This document shows, piece after piece, positions 1 to 13,978 of a DNA stretch of 64,000 nt. The DNA comes from Octopus vulgaris (lineage: Eukaryota), in NCBI GenBank assembly GCA_951406725.2, contig OX597828.1, forward strand, positions 43,090,001 to 43,154,000, read 5' to 3'. The position numbers were made by a program, and so were the translations under genes. Below the pieces are notes generated by a model. It was not told where the DNA came from. It worked only from the letters and a program-made list of their open reading frames with translations, and made no database searches. Position 1 is the first letter of the stretch. Every line of letters starts with the position of its first letter.

Positions 1-230
1 AAGATAAAAAAACAACCTATGAGCAAAAACGTAGAATCTATACCTACACCCTCAAAACTACACACTATCCAAAAAATAGCCCTGCTAGGAACAACCCATA
101 TCCTACGCGAGACCCCTATCACTTCAAAAATAAAACCAAAATAAAACAATCCACAAACACAAGATACACTGAGTACAGTGAGTATCTAATAAAATAAACT
201 ACCTCTCAAAGATGTACTCTAAGGTCGTCG
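1..230 (+). mobile_element. 3' end of an R4/Dong-like (RLE-type) non-LTR retrotransposon, diverged subfamily D
   Basis: Bases ~60-115 translate as LHTIQKIALLGTTHILRE, matching the IQKxxLLGTAHILR C-terminus of the other RLE copies in the window. Confidence 0.6.
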
Positions 231-239
231 GATACCCAA

Positions 240-621
240 GGAAGCACTCCGTCGGTTACGACGACGAGGGTTCCGGTTGATCCGAATCAACGGAACAGCC
301 TGCTCGTGAAATTAACGTGTAAGTGGCTGAGCACTCCACAGACACGTGTACCCTTAACGTAGTTCTCGGGGATATTCAGCGTGACACAGAGAGTGACAAG
401 GCCGGCCCTTTGAAATACAGGTACAACAGAAACAGGAAGTAAGAGTGAGAGAAAGTCGTGGTGAAAGAGTACAGCAAGGATCACCACCATCCCCTGCCGG
501 AGCGTCGTGGAGCTTTAGGTGTTTTCGCTCAATAAACACTCACAACACCCGGTCTGGGAATCGAAACCGCGATCCTATGACCGCGTGTCCGCTGCCCTAA
601 CCACTGGGCCATTGCGCCTCC
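240..621 (-). mobile_element. tRNA-derived SINE, family A
   Basis: Reverse complement begins GGAGGCGCAATGGCCCAGTGGTTAGGGCAG...GGTTTCGATTCCC (Pol III A/B boxes). Near-identical copies at 24322, 27623 and 57487. Confidence 0.85.
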
Positions 622-824
622 AACACCCAATACAAATACTAATACAACAATAGACTGTAGGAAAACACCATAACAAAACAAACTCATGTAATACTGAGAA
701 GAGTTTTTACTCCCGTTCCCTACCACGAAAAAATAACAAGAACACGCAAGGCTACACACCTCAGTAACACGGGTATGCAGCAGGTTTATGGAGTAAAGTT
801 TGTCTGAAACTATCAAATGTCGAA

Positions 825-1048
825 TGATAATCCTTTCTACTGTAAGCCTAAGGCCTGAAATTTGGTGGAGGGAACTAGTCGATTACCTCGACCCCCCCCC
901 CATTGTTTCACTGGTGTTTAATTCATCGACCCCGAAAAGATGAAAGGCAAAGTCGACATCGGCGGAATTTGAACTCAGAACGGAACGAGGGGCGAAATCC
1001 GGCAAAGCATTTCGTCAAGCGTGCTAGTAATTCTGCCAGCTCACCGAC
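825..1048 (-). mobile_element. tRNA-derived SINE, family C (diverged)
   Basis: Matches the repeated consensus GAGCTGGCAGAA...GAGTTCAAATTCCGCC...GTCGACTTTGCCTTTCATC...GGGGTCGAT. Confidence 0.75.
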
Positions 1049-1059
1049 TTTCAAATGTC

Positions 1060-1100
<41 letters not shown>

Positions 1101-1122
1101 GTAGTAGTAGTAGTAGTAGTAA

Positions 1123-1207
<85 letters not shown>

Positions 1208-1216
1208 TAATAATAA

Positions 1217-1247
<31 letters not shown>

Positions 1248-1276
1248 AAGAAGAAGAAGAAGAAGAAGAAGAAGAA
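1060..1276 (+). repeat. Compound (TAA)n(TAG)n(TAA)n(GAA)n microsatellite
   Basis: Directly visible. Confidence 0.95.
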
Positions 1277-1494
1277 TACTTTCTACTGGAAGCACAAGGC
1301 CTCACATTTGGTAGAAGGGATTAAGTCGATTACACCGACCCCGGTGCGTAACTGGTACTTATTTAATCGACCCCGAAAAGATAGATGAACGCCAATGTCG
1401 ACCTCGGCAGAATTTGAACTCAGAGCGTAAAGACAGACAAAAGACCGCTAAGCATTTCGCCCGGTATGCTAACGATTCTCCCACCTCGCCGCCT
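1277..1494 (-). mobile_element. SINE family C, first copy of a tandem duplication
   Basis: Family C consensus, nearly identical to 1608-1825. Confidence 0.85.
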
Positions 1495-1496
1495 TC

Positions 1497-1542
<46 letters not shown>

Positions 1543-1550
1543 TAATAATG

Positions 1551-1587
<37 letters not shown>

Positions 1588-1607
1588 GAAGAAGAAGAAG
1601 AAGAAGA

Positions 1608-1825
1608 ATACTTTCTACTGGAAGCACAAGGCCTCACATTTGGTAGAAGGGATTAAGTCGATTACACCGACCCCGGTGCGTAACTGGTACTTATTTAATC
1701 GACCCCGAAAAGATAGATGAACGGCAATGTCGACCTCGGCAGAATTTGAACTCAGAGCGTAAAGACAGACAAAAGACCGCTAAGCATTTCGCCCGGTATG
1801 CTAACGATTCTCCCACCTCGCCGCC
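1608..1825 (-). mobile_element. SINE family C, second copy of a tandem duplication
   Basis: Nearly identical to 1277-1494, 331-bp period. Confidence 0.85.
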
Positions 1826-1828
1826 TTC

Positions 1829-1874
<46 letters not shown>

Positions 1875-1882
1875 TAATAATG

Positions 1883-1933
<51 letters not shown>

Positions 1934-2163
1934 TGCATTAGGCATGATAAAAAAATATTCAGACAAATACATAACAAAAACACCAGGACTTACGAACACA
2001 TATAACATACAGAAAATGGCACTACTAGGCACTGCACACATCCTACGCAGAACACTTTCCATACAATAACCATCAGAGCATCACAACAAATCACAGCACA
2101 TACCCAAGGCACACAGAGCTGCGCTCGGTGGTGAAGTGAAAGCACGCTATAAAAATAAAACTA

Positions 2164-2166
<3 letters not shown>
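1934..2166 (+). mobile_element. 5'-truncated R4/Dong-like retrotransposon, subfamily A, in (TAA)n
   Basis: Encodes ALGMIKKYSDKYITKTPGLTNTYNIQKMALLGTAHILRRTLSIQ* plus a 3' UTR ending AAAACTACTG. (TAA)n on both sides. Confidence 0.8.
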
Positions 2167-2226
<60 letters not shown>

Positions 2227-2688
2227 TATAATATCAATAATAATCAATTCCACTATTGGCAGAAGGCCTGAAATTTTGAAGGCGGGTAATAATTGATTCC
2301 ATCGACAGCAGTGTCTAGCTGGTTCTGATGTCATCGAGCCCGAACGGATGAAAGGCAAAGTCAACAATTATTTAGTTCGCTGAAAAGACAGTAGCCATAT
2401 CCTTTCAGAAAGACTCTGAGTCTTGTAGAAGGGCGACTACCAGGAATTCTCGAAAGGGAGCAAACTGCTTTCAAGGCACTCGAGTTGCCGAGTGGAGGTG
2501 GTAAACTAGAAGAAGTTATGACGGGATTTGAACTCAGAGAGCAAAAACCAAAAAACTTCTGATCCAACACCACCAACCCATCACCCTACTTTGGTACATT
2601 CTTTTATCAACTCCGAAGGCGGAAGTCCAAGTTGATTTCGGAACATTTTGAAATTAATGCGCCGAGTGTCAGAACAAATACGTATATA

Positions 2689-2922
2689 CAGGTTTGGCCA
2701 AAAGTCACCCGGCAGTAAATCGAAATTTCATAAATACTTAATATTCAATTTCATTTATTCATTTGGAAAAATGGTGTTACTCAAGAAGGACTTCAGTTTG
2801 AACAATTTTCATGATGTCTCATATTTAGATGCTTTTACTAAATTCATTCAGTTTTTAAACATAAATAAATCTTGGAATTAAATAGTTTTGATTTACTGTT
2901 AGGTGACTTTTGGCCAACTCTG
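2689..2922. mobile_element. Tc1/mariner-type MITE
   Basis: Terminal inverted repeats CAGGTTTGGCCAAAAGTCACC / GGTGACTTTTGGCCAACTCTG, flanked by TA. Confidence 0.75.
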
Positions 2923-2926
2923 TATA

Positions 2927-3346
2927 TATTAGGTTCTCCGGAAAGTTTGTGCCTATTTTTAAAGGAAAGAAAAAGGCCAATAAATACTTGCCATTACATT
3001 TTTACTATTAAGACTATTCTGCAGAGACCTGAATAAGTGGAAATAAAGGAGCAATATCTGGTGAATGTGGAGGGTGGGGTAACACATCCCAGTCGAGCTG
3101 CAGCAATTTTTGTCTGGTTCCCAAAGCAACAAGTGCCGAAAATGAACTTTCTTATCTTCCATTTTAAAGGGTTACAGAATTAACACAGGTTATAGGAACA
3201 TAAACCTTCTTCCACGAAAAGATAGCTTAAACTGTGCTCTAAATTGAGGTGTAGTCAAATCCTATTTTATGGACTCAACCATGTTCTAAAATAAGTCGAA
3301 AGGTAAGCTACTATAAATCGGCACGAACTTTCCGGACAACCCAATA
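2927..3346 (-). mobile_element. Internally deleted mariner transposon
   Basis: TIRs TATTAGGTTCTCCGGAAAGTTTGTGCC / GGCACGAACTTTCCGGACAACCCAATA. Minus strand has the mariner N-terminus MEDKKVHFRHLLLWE joined to an HPPHSPDIAP...FHLFRSLQN remnant of the YSPDLAP motif. Confidence 0.8.
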
Positions 3347-3996
3347 TATATATCTAAAGCTTGCATTGGAACTGGCTCTGTATCTCTGATAATGTCTACG
3401 TAATAAAGCTGCTATTAACACAAAATTTCGTTCTTGCTTTACTTGTACTGCGCAGTTGAATACCAGCAGATAAAGTTTACGCTATCTCTATACACTTTAG
3501 GTCAGCGATTTTAATTCCTTTCGAGGGTGAATCGAGTATATGGCACCGATAAGCAGAAATACTTGTAAAATATCGATATCTGCCGATTTCTCGTTCACCT
3601 CAGGTAGTTCTTCGTTTCGCCTGGTTTTGAAGTATACTGATTTTTTTTTTCTTCAAGCAACTTTAAAGGAAATTTCTCTGAATTAAATATCTTAGCCTAA
3701 AAGCACTTAATAATACACATGCATTAAATACTTGACTTCGATTATGTATGCATGCATATATGTATGTATGTACGTATGTATGTATATATGTATGTATGTA
3801 TGTATGCATGTATGTATGTGTGTGTGTGTGTATGTGTGAATACAGTTATGTATGCATGCGTGCATACATGTACGTTGGTATATATGTATGTATATTTTTA
3901 TGTATGCTTGTATTCATGCATGTATTTATCTGTTCATATATATTTGTATGATACATGCATTTGTGTATCTATCCATCCATCCATCCATACATCATG

Positions 3997-4093
<97 letters not shown>

Positions 4094-4697
4094 GGGAAGA
4101 AAGAGCTATTTTCATCATACTTTTAGCTATGGCGAAAGAATGTATCTGGTGGACGCGCCTGAAAGGATTAGAGACAAGCACTTTCCTTTCTGGTCAATCT
4201 CTCATTAACTTCTTCAAGTACCACTTGAAAAGGAAAGTGAGAGTAGAGAGGCAAGTCTTGTCTAGCGAATGTTTAAAAAAAAGATGGGTGAATGTAGCAA
4301 GGATGGCACGTATAAATGACGAAGCCACCTTGAGTACGATCCTATGAACCCGAAAAAAATTAAAACAGAGAGTTACTTACTTGCAAATAAATGTGTTAAC
4401 ATGTGACATTATTGACCGAGGTTACCGTGGCCTTTTCCGTAGGCTTTTCTTTCCACGAATAAACCTCATCTGTTTCCCCCTTTACACTTTATATCATGAC
4501 ATTTCTGTGATACACGATCCCTATTGATGGTTTTTTTCCTCTTCTTTCCTTTCTTTTCTCTTTCTCTTTCTTTTTCCTTTCCTATTTCCGATCCCTTTTG
4601 ATTGAAAACCTACACCTTTTTTTTCTCCCAAAAAAGAAAAGCTCTACTTGTAATTTGTCCCGTCTGTGTGCAACCCTGTGTGGCTAATAAAGAAACA
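4094..4697 (+). mobile_element. 5'-truncated L1/Tx1-clade LINE 3' end inserted in (TCTA)n
   Basis: Encodes AIFIILLAMAKECIWWTRLKG...FFKYHLKRKVRVER...KKRW...IL* (stop 4347), resembling the L1/Tx1 ORF2 C-terminus. 3' UTR ends GGCTAATAAAGAAACA. (TATC)n on both sides. Confidence 0.65.
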
Positions 4698-4782
<85 letters not shown>

Positions 4783-5128
4783 GTCCATCCATCTATCTAT
4801 CTGTCTGTCTGCCTGTGTATTTGTCTGTCTGTCTCCCTCTTTTATGCGTGTGTGTGTGCGTGTGTATGTGTCTGCGTGTACGTGTGCATATGTGTCTGTG
4901 TATGGATGAATGTAAGAATATATGTATATACAGCTTATTAGGTAATGACGATTCTTGAGTCGTAAGGCCAAAGTTCTCAAATATTAATTGATGAGCGTTA
5001 AGCACCATGCTATCCATGATTTCTTGTTGGAACAATCGATAGCGTGAAACTCTAAATTTCTAAGTGAAATTACTAAAAATTTCTCCAGTTATAAGCCGAA
5101 GCTTTCATACATCATCATATCTATCTAA

Positions 5129-5295
<167 letters not shown>

Positions 5296-5800
5296 TTATC
5301 TGTCTGTCTGTCTGTCTGTCTATCTACCCTTTTATCTATTTGTCTCTCTCACTCCCTTCCTCCTCCTCTACTTCCCCCTCTCTCCCCCTCTCTGTCACTC
5401 TCTCTCCCTATATCTTTCCCTATTTCTATATCTCTCCCTCTATCTCCTACCCCTCTCTGTATATACACATGCGCATACACATACATGTGCGCGCGTAAAT
5501 ATATATGTGTGTCTATGTGCATACGCAAGCAGGAATACAGGTTTATGCACATAAACATAGAAACACATACACCCCACCACCACCAGCACCCCCCACCGCT
5601 ACTACAACAACTACACCCACAAGCACACACATATATATATGGTTATATATCAGGTATAGTCATGGGTTAGAGAGTACGCACATCTCATATCCGAAAACAT
5701 AAATAAACGAAAAAAATACAAAAATGAATAAAGTAAATAAATGAAAGACAACATCACACATCGATAACACCAAATAAGAAACGCGATTTCCTTCATGCTG

Positions 5801-5918
5801 TGTACATACATACATACATACATACATACATACATACATACATACATACGTACATACGTACATACATACATACATACATACATACATACATACATACATA
5901 CGTACATACGTACATACA

Positions 5919-5951
<33 letters not shown>

Positions 5952-6190
5952 GAACATAAATACATACAAACATAGATACATACATACATGCATACATACA
6001 TACATGCATACATACATACATGTACATAAATACATACATACGTACATACATACGTACATACATACATACATACATACATACATACATACTATACATAATA
6101 CATACGTACATACATACATACATACATACGTACCTACATATATACATACATACATACATACATACATACATACATACATACATACATACA
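5801..6190 (+). repeat. (TACA)n microsatellite
   Basis: Directly visible. Representative of many (TACA)n/(TATG)n tracts. Confidence 0.95.
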
Positions 6191-6659
6191 TGAACATTAG
6201 TACACACACAAATCTTATATATCAATGATAGCAATCAGAATTAGGTGTAATGTGCTGTTTGCGTTGCCCAATCAGATGCAAGGAAAAGCGTTGAGTACAA
6301 TTTATTTTCTGCGTTCAAATGATTTTTCTGTGAACATAATTTGGTCTGCACTCAATAACAGGCAAATACGCAGAAGTGTAGCGATTAATAACAGTTTGTT
6401 TAGTTTGTGTGTTTAGAAGTTTAGAAGAAGTTTGCGTGTGTTTATTATTAGAAGATTGTGATTGGATACAAACAGACACGTATGCACACACACCCATGCG
6501 TTTATATATATATATATATTCCAGTATGTATGTATGTATGTATGTATGTATGTATGTATGTATGTATGTATGTATGTATGTATGTATGTATGTATGTATG
6601 TATGCATGCATTTATGTGCACAAGTATAAGAATACAGTGCGGGTACTAATATATGTACA

Positions 6660-6730
<71 letters not shown>

Positions 6731-6767
6731 CATACATACATACATACATACATACATACATACATAA

Positions 6768-7137
6768 TCTTTTACTCTTTTACTTGTTTCAGTCATTTGA
6801 CTGTGGCCATCCTGGAGCACCGCCTTTAATCGATCAAATCAACCATAAGGGCTTATTCTTTGTAGCCTAGTATTTATGTTATCGGTCTCTTTTGCCGAAC
6901 CGCTAAGTTACGGTGACGTAAACACACCAGCATCGGTTGTCAGCTGATGTTGGGGGGACAAACACAGACACACAAACATACACACATACATACACACATA
7001 TATATATATATACACATATATACGGCAGGTTTCTTTCAGTTTCTGTCTCCCAAATCCAATCACAAGGCTTCGGTCTGCCCGAGGCTATAGTAGAAGACAC
7101 TTGCCTAAGGTGCCACGCAGTGGAACTGAACCCGGAA

Positions 7138-7140
<3 letters not shown>
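6768..7140 (-). mobile_element. SINE family B (CORE-like, internal microsatellite), 5'-truncated
   Basis: Matches family consensus, tail (GTAAAAGA)n, head cut by (TA)n. Confidence 0.8.
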
Positions 7141-7189
<49 letters not shown>

Positions 7190-7448
7190 GATTGTTCCTA
7201 CAGTAAATTGTTCCCTGGGGATCCGCTGTGGTTGAGCAGGTATCTGTATTTGAAATATCTAACGCACGGTTCCGAACATTATAATGGTGAAACGCGAGTA
7301 GGAACTTTAGCGTTGACTTGTGTCTATCCATATTTTTCCTGTGTATGTGTGTGTTGTGTACAGATACATATAGATACACAGACACACACAGACATATATA
7401 CACAGATATATACACTGGATATGTAAGGCAAAACATTCTATATATATA

Positions 7449-7514
<66 letters not shown>

Positions 7515-7569
7515 GACACACACATACACACACAGACGCACACACGCACACGTATATATGTATATATAA

Positions 7570-8051
<482 letters not shown>

Positions 8052-8387
8052 CACACGGGAATATTTTCCTACTTTCCTTAACATGAAACCAATGGTAGCC
8101 TTAATTCACAAAAAAAAAAAAGAATTTATTTTCTTCCCCCCCCTCTCTTTCTGTAATCAGTGAAAAATTACTCATTTACATCGTTTGACATTTATGTATA
8201 GACACACACACATACACACACACGTATACATGAGTGCATTACTTATGTACATATGCCTATGTAAATGTGTAGATAAGTGTTTAGTAATATGTGCACACAC
8301 GCACATAAATATATACATATATATATATATGTTAGTATATATGTATATATATGTATATATACATGTATGTATTTATATATGTATATA

Positions 8388-8420
<33 letters not shown>

Positions 8421-8451
8421 GCGTTGTTGTCTTTTTGTTTTCTTGTTTGGA

Positions 8452-8517
<66 letters not shown>

Positions 8518-9240
8518 AATACATACATACAGATATATGCATGACTGTAAGGATTTAAGTGTATAGGTATCTTAATCTTTAATACAATGTCTGAGAAGAC
8601 AAAAAAGATCTCAGTACGTTTGAATGTAGAGAAAAAGTCTTTTTAGTTTTGACTATATGCCGTAGGGAAGCACCAATCTTTGAAATCACTTTATTCTTCA
8701 GATGACAACTTGAAAGATCTCATGATATTTTAGAGCGTTATTTGTTCCGAATGGCCTCTATACGTATATATTAAGAAACCTACACAATATAGCTGTGGGT
8801 GATTTCTCTAAGGAATTTTGCATTCCACTGTACAGCACACCTGATGCACTAACGGAGGGAAGGGAGAACAGAGATTTTGCTGCAGTGAAAATCTCCGTCA
8901 AGAAACCAACAGCCAGGTAAAAAGCACAAGAGTGGTGATATGAAATCCTACCACCCAGGAGATACCAACGAAAGAGGAGGCATGCGGAAAGGGTACAAAT
9001 TTACTGTGATGCACAAGCATGACAGCATCCGATTTGCTGAAACGTATAAAAGAATAAAAGTACAGATACACATAAATATATATATGTGATATAATCGCGT
9101 GTATATGTGTGCGCCAACGTTCTCTCACATACCACAAAAAAACATACACACATATATGTATATATATAGAGAGAGAGATAGTGCCGCTTCGGATTCATGT
9201 ACAAAATATAAATGCAAACAGAAACATATGTAGATATATA

Positions 9241-9668
9241 CTCTCTTTTACTCTTTTACTCTTTTACTCTTTTACTTGTTTCAGTCATTTGACTGCGGCC
9301 ATGCTGGAGCATCGCCTTTTAGTCGAGAAAATCGACCCCGGGACTTATTCTTTGTAAGCCCAGTACTTATTCTATCGGTCTCTTTTGCCGAACCGCTAAG
9401 TGACGGGGACGTAAACACACCAGCATCGGTTGTCAAGCAATGCTAGGGGGACAAAAACAGACACACAAACACACACACACACACATATATATATATACAT
9501 ATATACGACAGGCTTCTTTCAGTTTCCGTCTACCAAATCCACTCACAAGGCATTGGTCGGCCTGGGGCTATAGCAGAAGACACTTCCCCAAGATGCCACG
9601 CAGTGGGACTGAACCCGGAACCATGTGATTGGTTAGCAAGCTACTTACCACATAGCCACTCCTGCGCC
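9241..9668 (-). mobile_element. SINE family B, full length
   Basis: Head GGCGCAGGAGTGGCT...GGTTCAGTCCC (A/B boxes), CORE-like GGCATCTTGGGGAAGTGTCTT, internal (TA)n(TG)n, tail (GTAAAAGA)n. Confidence 0.85.
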
Positions 9669-10120
9669 TATATAGTGATATATATAACGATAAACAAAAA
9701 AAAAAAAAATGAAAATATTCAGAACATGATCGCTCATTTATTAGCATATATACATTTCTATATTTACGCAACAAATCTGCATGTAGTTCAAAAAGTTCAG
9801 GAAACTAAGGGAAAAAGCATTGCAAGCCCGACAGCTGTTTCTGTGAGATCAGAATAACGTGATAGTTGTAGTGTTTATAACTAGCAGATGGAATATGCGA
9901 AAAGTCAACGATATGCTACCACTAGTGGATGCATATAAAGATTATCGTAAGAGTAGCCTCCGTCTCCAAGGCGGGAAGATCAGTAACTAACCAATATATA
10001 TGTATACATATATGTGTGTGTTTGTGTGTGTGTGTGTGTGAATCATGTATGCGTGTGTTTGTGAAAGAGAGTATGTACAGTTGCTTGTGTATGTGTCTAC
10101 GTGTGTCTGTGTATGTATGT

Positions 10121-10169
<49 letters not shown>

Positions 10170-10413
10170 TGTATTTGTAAATGTTATAGTGTGTTTTTAA
10201 ATTGGAAATCATTCGAATCCTGTCTTTTCTGCCTTGATTTGTTTGTACTGCACACCGAAGCACACGCTATCCTCACAGACGTTAAACGTGCCCTCACAAT
10301 GTGATCAGGACTAACAAGGTGAACAGCACTATATTGGATAATTCTCAACTGCAATATGGAGAAACATTGGTTACAGAATTTAATAGAAAGTCGTTATTAC
10401 TCTGTGTGCCTAA

Positions 10414-10625
10414 GCCGACGAGCCGGCAGAATCGTTAGCACCCTGGGCAAAGATCTTAGCAGCTTTTTATCTGCCGTTACGTTCTGATTTCAATTTCCGC
10501 CAAGATCGACTTCACCTTTTAACCCTTTCGGTGTCGATGATATAGGTACCAGTTGAATACTGGGATAGAGGACATCGACATACCTCCCCAGAATATTGCT
10601 GGTCCCGTGCCAAATTTTGAATCAG
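10414..10625 (+). mobile_element. SINE family C, diverged
   Basis: GAGCCGGCAGAATCGTTAGCAC...TCGACTTCACCTTT...GTGCCAAATTTTGAA. Confidence 0.65.
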
Positions 10626-11156
10626 ATATTCTCTACGCTTATGCACCAACATGGAGAGAAGGAAGAGAAGACGATAAAGATACATTGATATGAAGATCGT
10701 AGGTAGGAGACGAGAAGGAATGGCCAGCTATAGTAGAAGACAATTGCTGAAGGTGCCATGCCTTGGGACTGAACCCGAAACTATATTATTGCAAAGTGAT
10801 GTTTTTAACCGCTTGGCCACGCCAATATCTTTATCGACATATCCTATCCAACGGTTCAACGACTTTGCCAGCTCGCTACTACAACCAATTATATATGAAA
10901 AGAGAAAAACTCAACGATTTCTGGAAACTTAACATCACTGTTGGTTGTGTACATCTCATACAATCTGTTTAATCTCTTCTTTGTACAGGTGTTTTATTCT
11001 TGCAAGGATTCCACTTGACTAATGCCTGCAGCCGGAATCATTTCCAGTTCTCTTTCATCCATATCCAATCAAAATCATATTATCTTTGTCTTGTTAATTC
11101 CTGCAAGGGAAGAACCGCCCTCACGTTTTAATTCATTGTCCGTGATCTGTCATCTG

Positions 11157-11228
<72 letters not shown>

Positions 11229-11455
11229 ACACACACAGAGAGGCACACACACAAGCACGCACAAACACTCACACACATTTGTAGAGAAGATGTGTATTCT
11301 GACGCAGAAAAAAAATATTAGGATAAAATGCACCTGACTTTCATAACTTGTAGTCGTTTTTAAAACAAAAGATATTTTGACCAAAACACCCACGAGAAAT
11401 AACAAAAAAAAGTCATCAAAATTGCAACCAATCAAAACTCGGGCGTTTACCGTGA

Positions 11456-11617
11456 AAGCAGGCGTGGCTGTGTGGTAAGAAGCTTACTTCCCAACCAAAT
11501 GATTCCGAGTTCAGTTCCACTGTGTGGTACCTTGGGCAAGTGTCTTTTACTATAGCGTCAGGCCAGACCAAAGACTTGTAAGTGGATTTGGTAGACGGAA
11601 ACTAAAAGGAGCTCGTC

Positions 11618-11668
<51 letters not shown>

Positions 11669-11678
11669 CATATATATA

Positions 11679-11738
<60 letters not shown>

Positions 11739-11748
11739 CATATATATA

Positions 11749-11800
<52 letters not shown>

Positions 11801-12020
11801 TATACATATTCATGTGCGAGTGTCTGTGTTTATCCCACCACCACCATTACTTGACAACCGATGTTGGTGCGTTTATGCTACCGACACGTAGCGGTTCGGC
11901 AAATGAGACCGATAGAATAAGTACAAGGCTTACAAAGAATAAGTCCTGGAGCTGATTTCTTCAACTAAAGGCGGTACTCCAGCATGGCTGCAGTCAAATG
12001 ACTGAAACGTGTAAAAAAGT
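11456..12020 (+). mobile_element. SINE family B with expanded internal (TA)n
   Basis: Family consensus head and tail around a ~210-bp (TA)n tract. Confidence 0.8.
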
Positions 12021-12333
12021 AACTATATATATATACTCTTTATCTTTTATTAAACTTTTAATACTTTTGATATATATTTGGAAAAAAAATAAATAGAAAT
12101 AAAAATAAAAATAAATAAATAAATAAATTAATTAATTAATAAATAAAATAATATATATGTATAAAAATATACATACATACATATATATATATATTTGTAT
12201 ATATATATAAAATTTATAAGTTTAAATTATTTAAATAATTTTTTATTTTTAACTTTTATATTTTTAAATTAATTTTATGTATTGGCTTATGTTTTTCACT
12301 GTTTGATTTGCCTAATAGTGGTTTTATCTCTAA

Positions 12334-12400
<67 letters not shown>

Positions 12401-12455
12401 GGCTATCATCACACACAAACACACACACTCACACACACAGACACACATACGCACG

Positions 12456-12514
<59 letters not shown>

Positions 12515-13344
12515 TTGTGTGTGTGTGTATGTATGAGATTCAGATGATTCCCTATATGTAACAGTCACCCTTCACATTGGTCAAAACAGAAAAGCATCGC
12601 TCTGTTATACATCCATCAGTGTTATATCGCCTGAAGAAATGAATCCATGAAGATGATCAACCCATGGATACTACGGACTACACTGTAATTACCCAAGTAA
12701 TAGGGACTGTGGTCTTAAGAGACATGTGATTTGTGGAAACGCGTGTAGCGATGCTTGAAATGCTTATAAATTCCATCCAACTCGATGCAACGCAAAACTT
12801 TGGTTCATCAGTCAGAATCATTAGACTGTGGTCTGTATAATGGATTAGGAGGGTTATTTGCATATTCAAAACGTTTCCCGTAAACAAATTATACATATAT
12901 ATATATATACCCAGCGAACTTCCACCATGGGTCATCACAATTGCTTAAGGTAAAAATGAATTCCTCGCTCTTTCGGAAACATCAATCTTCTGTATTGACC
13001 GCTTTCCACCACTTTGATCTGTTTTTTGTATTGAATACGTATCGCCACCGTGGGCCACTGCATCGAACACTTTGAACATATACTTCAAACTATATATCAA
13101 CTGTACATGAACTATATATCAACTATACATGAACTCTAAGATGTCTGACTCCGTTGTGTATTATAAATGAATTTCTTGTGTTTGACGGCATGAGCTGTCT
13201 CTTTTTATATATAACTTTTTTTGATAAGGTTCATTTCAGGAACTGAAACATGTTATAATGTATATATAAAAATTAAAAATTGTATAATACAGCAGCATTT
13301 TCGAACTTCATTTTTTACAAATATATATATATATATATTCTTTT

Positions 13345-13530
13345 AGACTTTTACTTGTTTCTGTCATTTGACTGCGACCATGCTGGAGCACCGTCTTTAG
13401 TCGAGCAAATCGGCACAAAGACTTATTCCTTGTAAGCCTAGTACTTACTCCATCAGTCTTTTTTGTCGACATAAGCACACCAGTGTCGGTTATCAAGCGA
13501 TGTTGGGGGACAAACACAGACACACGAACA
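13345..13530 (-). mobile_element. SINE family B, 3' half
   Basis: CTTTTACTTGTTTCTGTCATTTGACTGCGACCATGCTGGAGCACCG... Confidence 0.75.
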
Positions 13531-13554
13531 TATACACACACACATTCTTACACG

Positions 13555-13595
<41 letters not shown>

Positions 13596-13978
13596 ACTTA
13601 CACACACGCACACACACACACACACACACACACGCACCCCATAAATTAAATTAGAGATAAAACCACTATTAGGCAAATCAAACAGTGAGAAACATAAACC
13701 AAAACATAGAAATAAAATTAATTAATATAATATACAAAATATATAAAATATATACAATTCAAAATTTAAATTATTTATATTTAAAGTTAAACATTTAAAA
13801 TTATTAATAATATAAATATTTTATTAATAATATAAATATTTTATATATTAGACAAAAAAAAATCATAGCTGGAGCTATGTCTTGGCCGAGTTGCTGCTGC
13901 GTTCGATAATTGTGGACAAATGCTTTAAATGACTTCAGCATGTATACCTAGGATACAAAGTTAGGATTTTATCAATAA

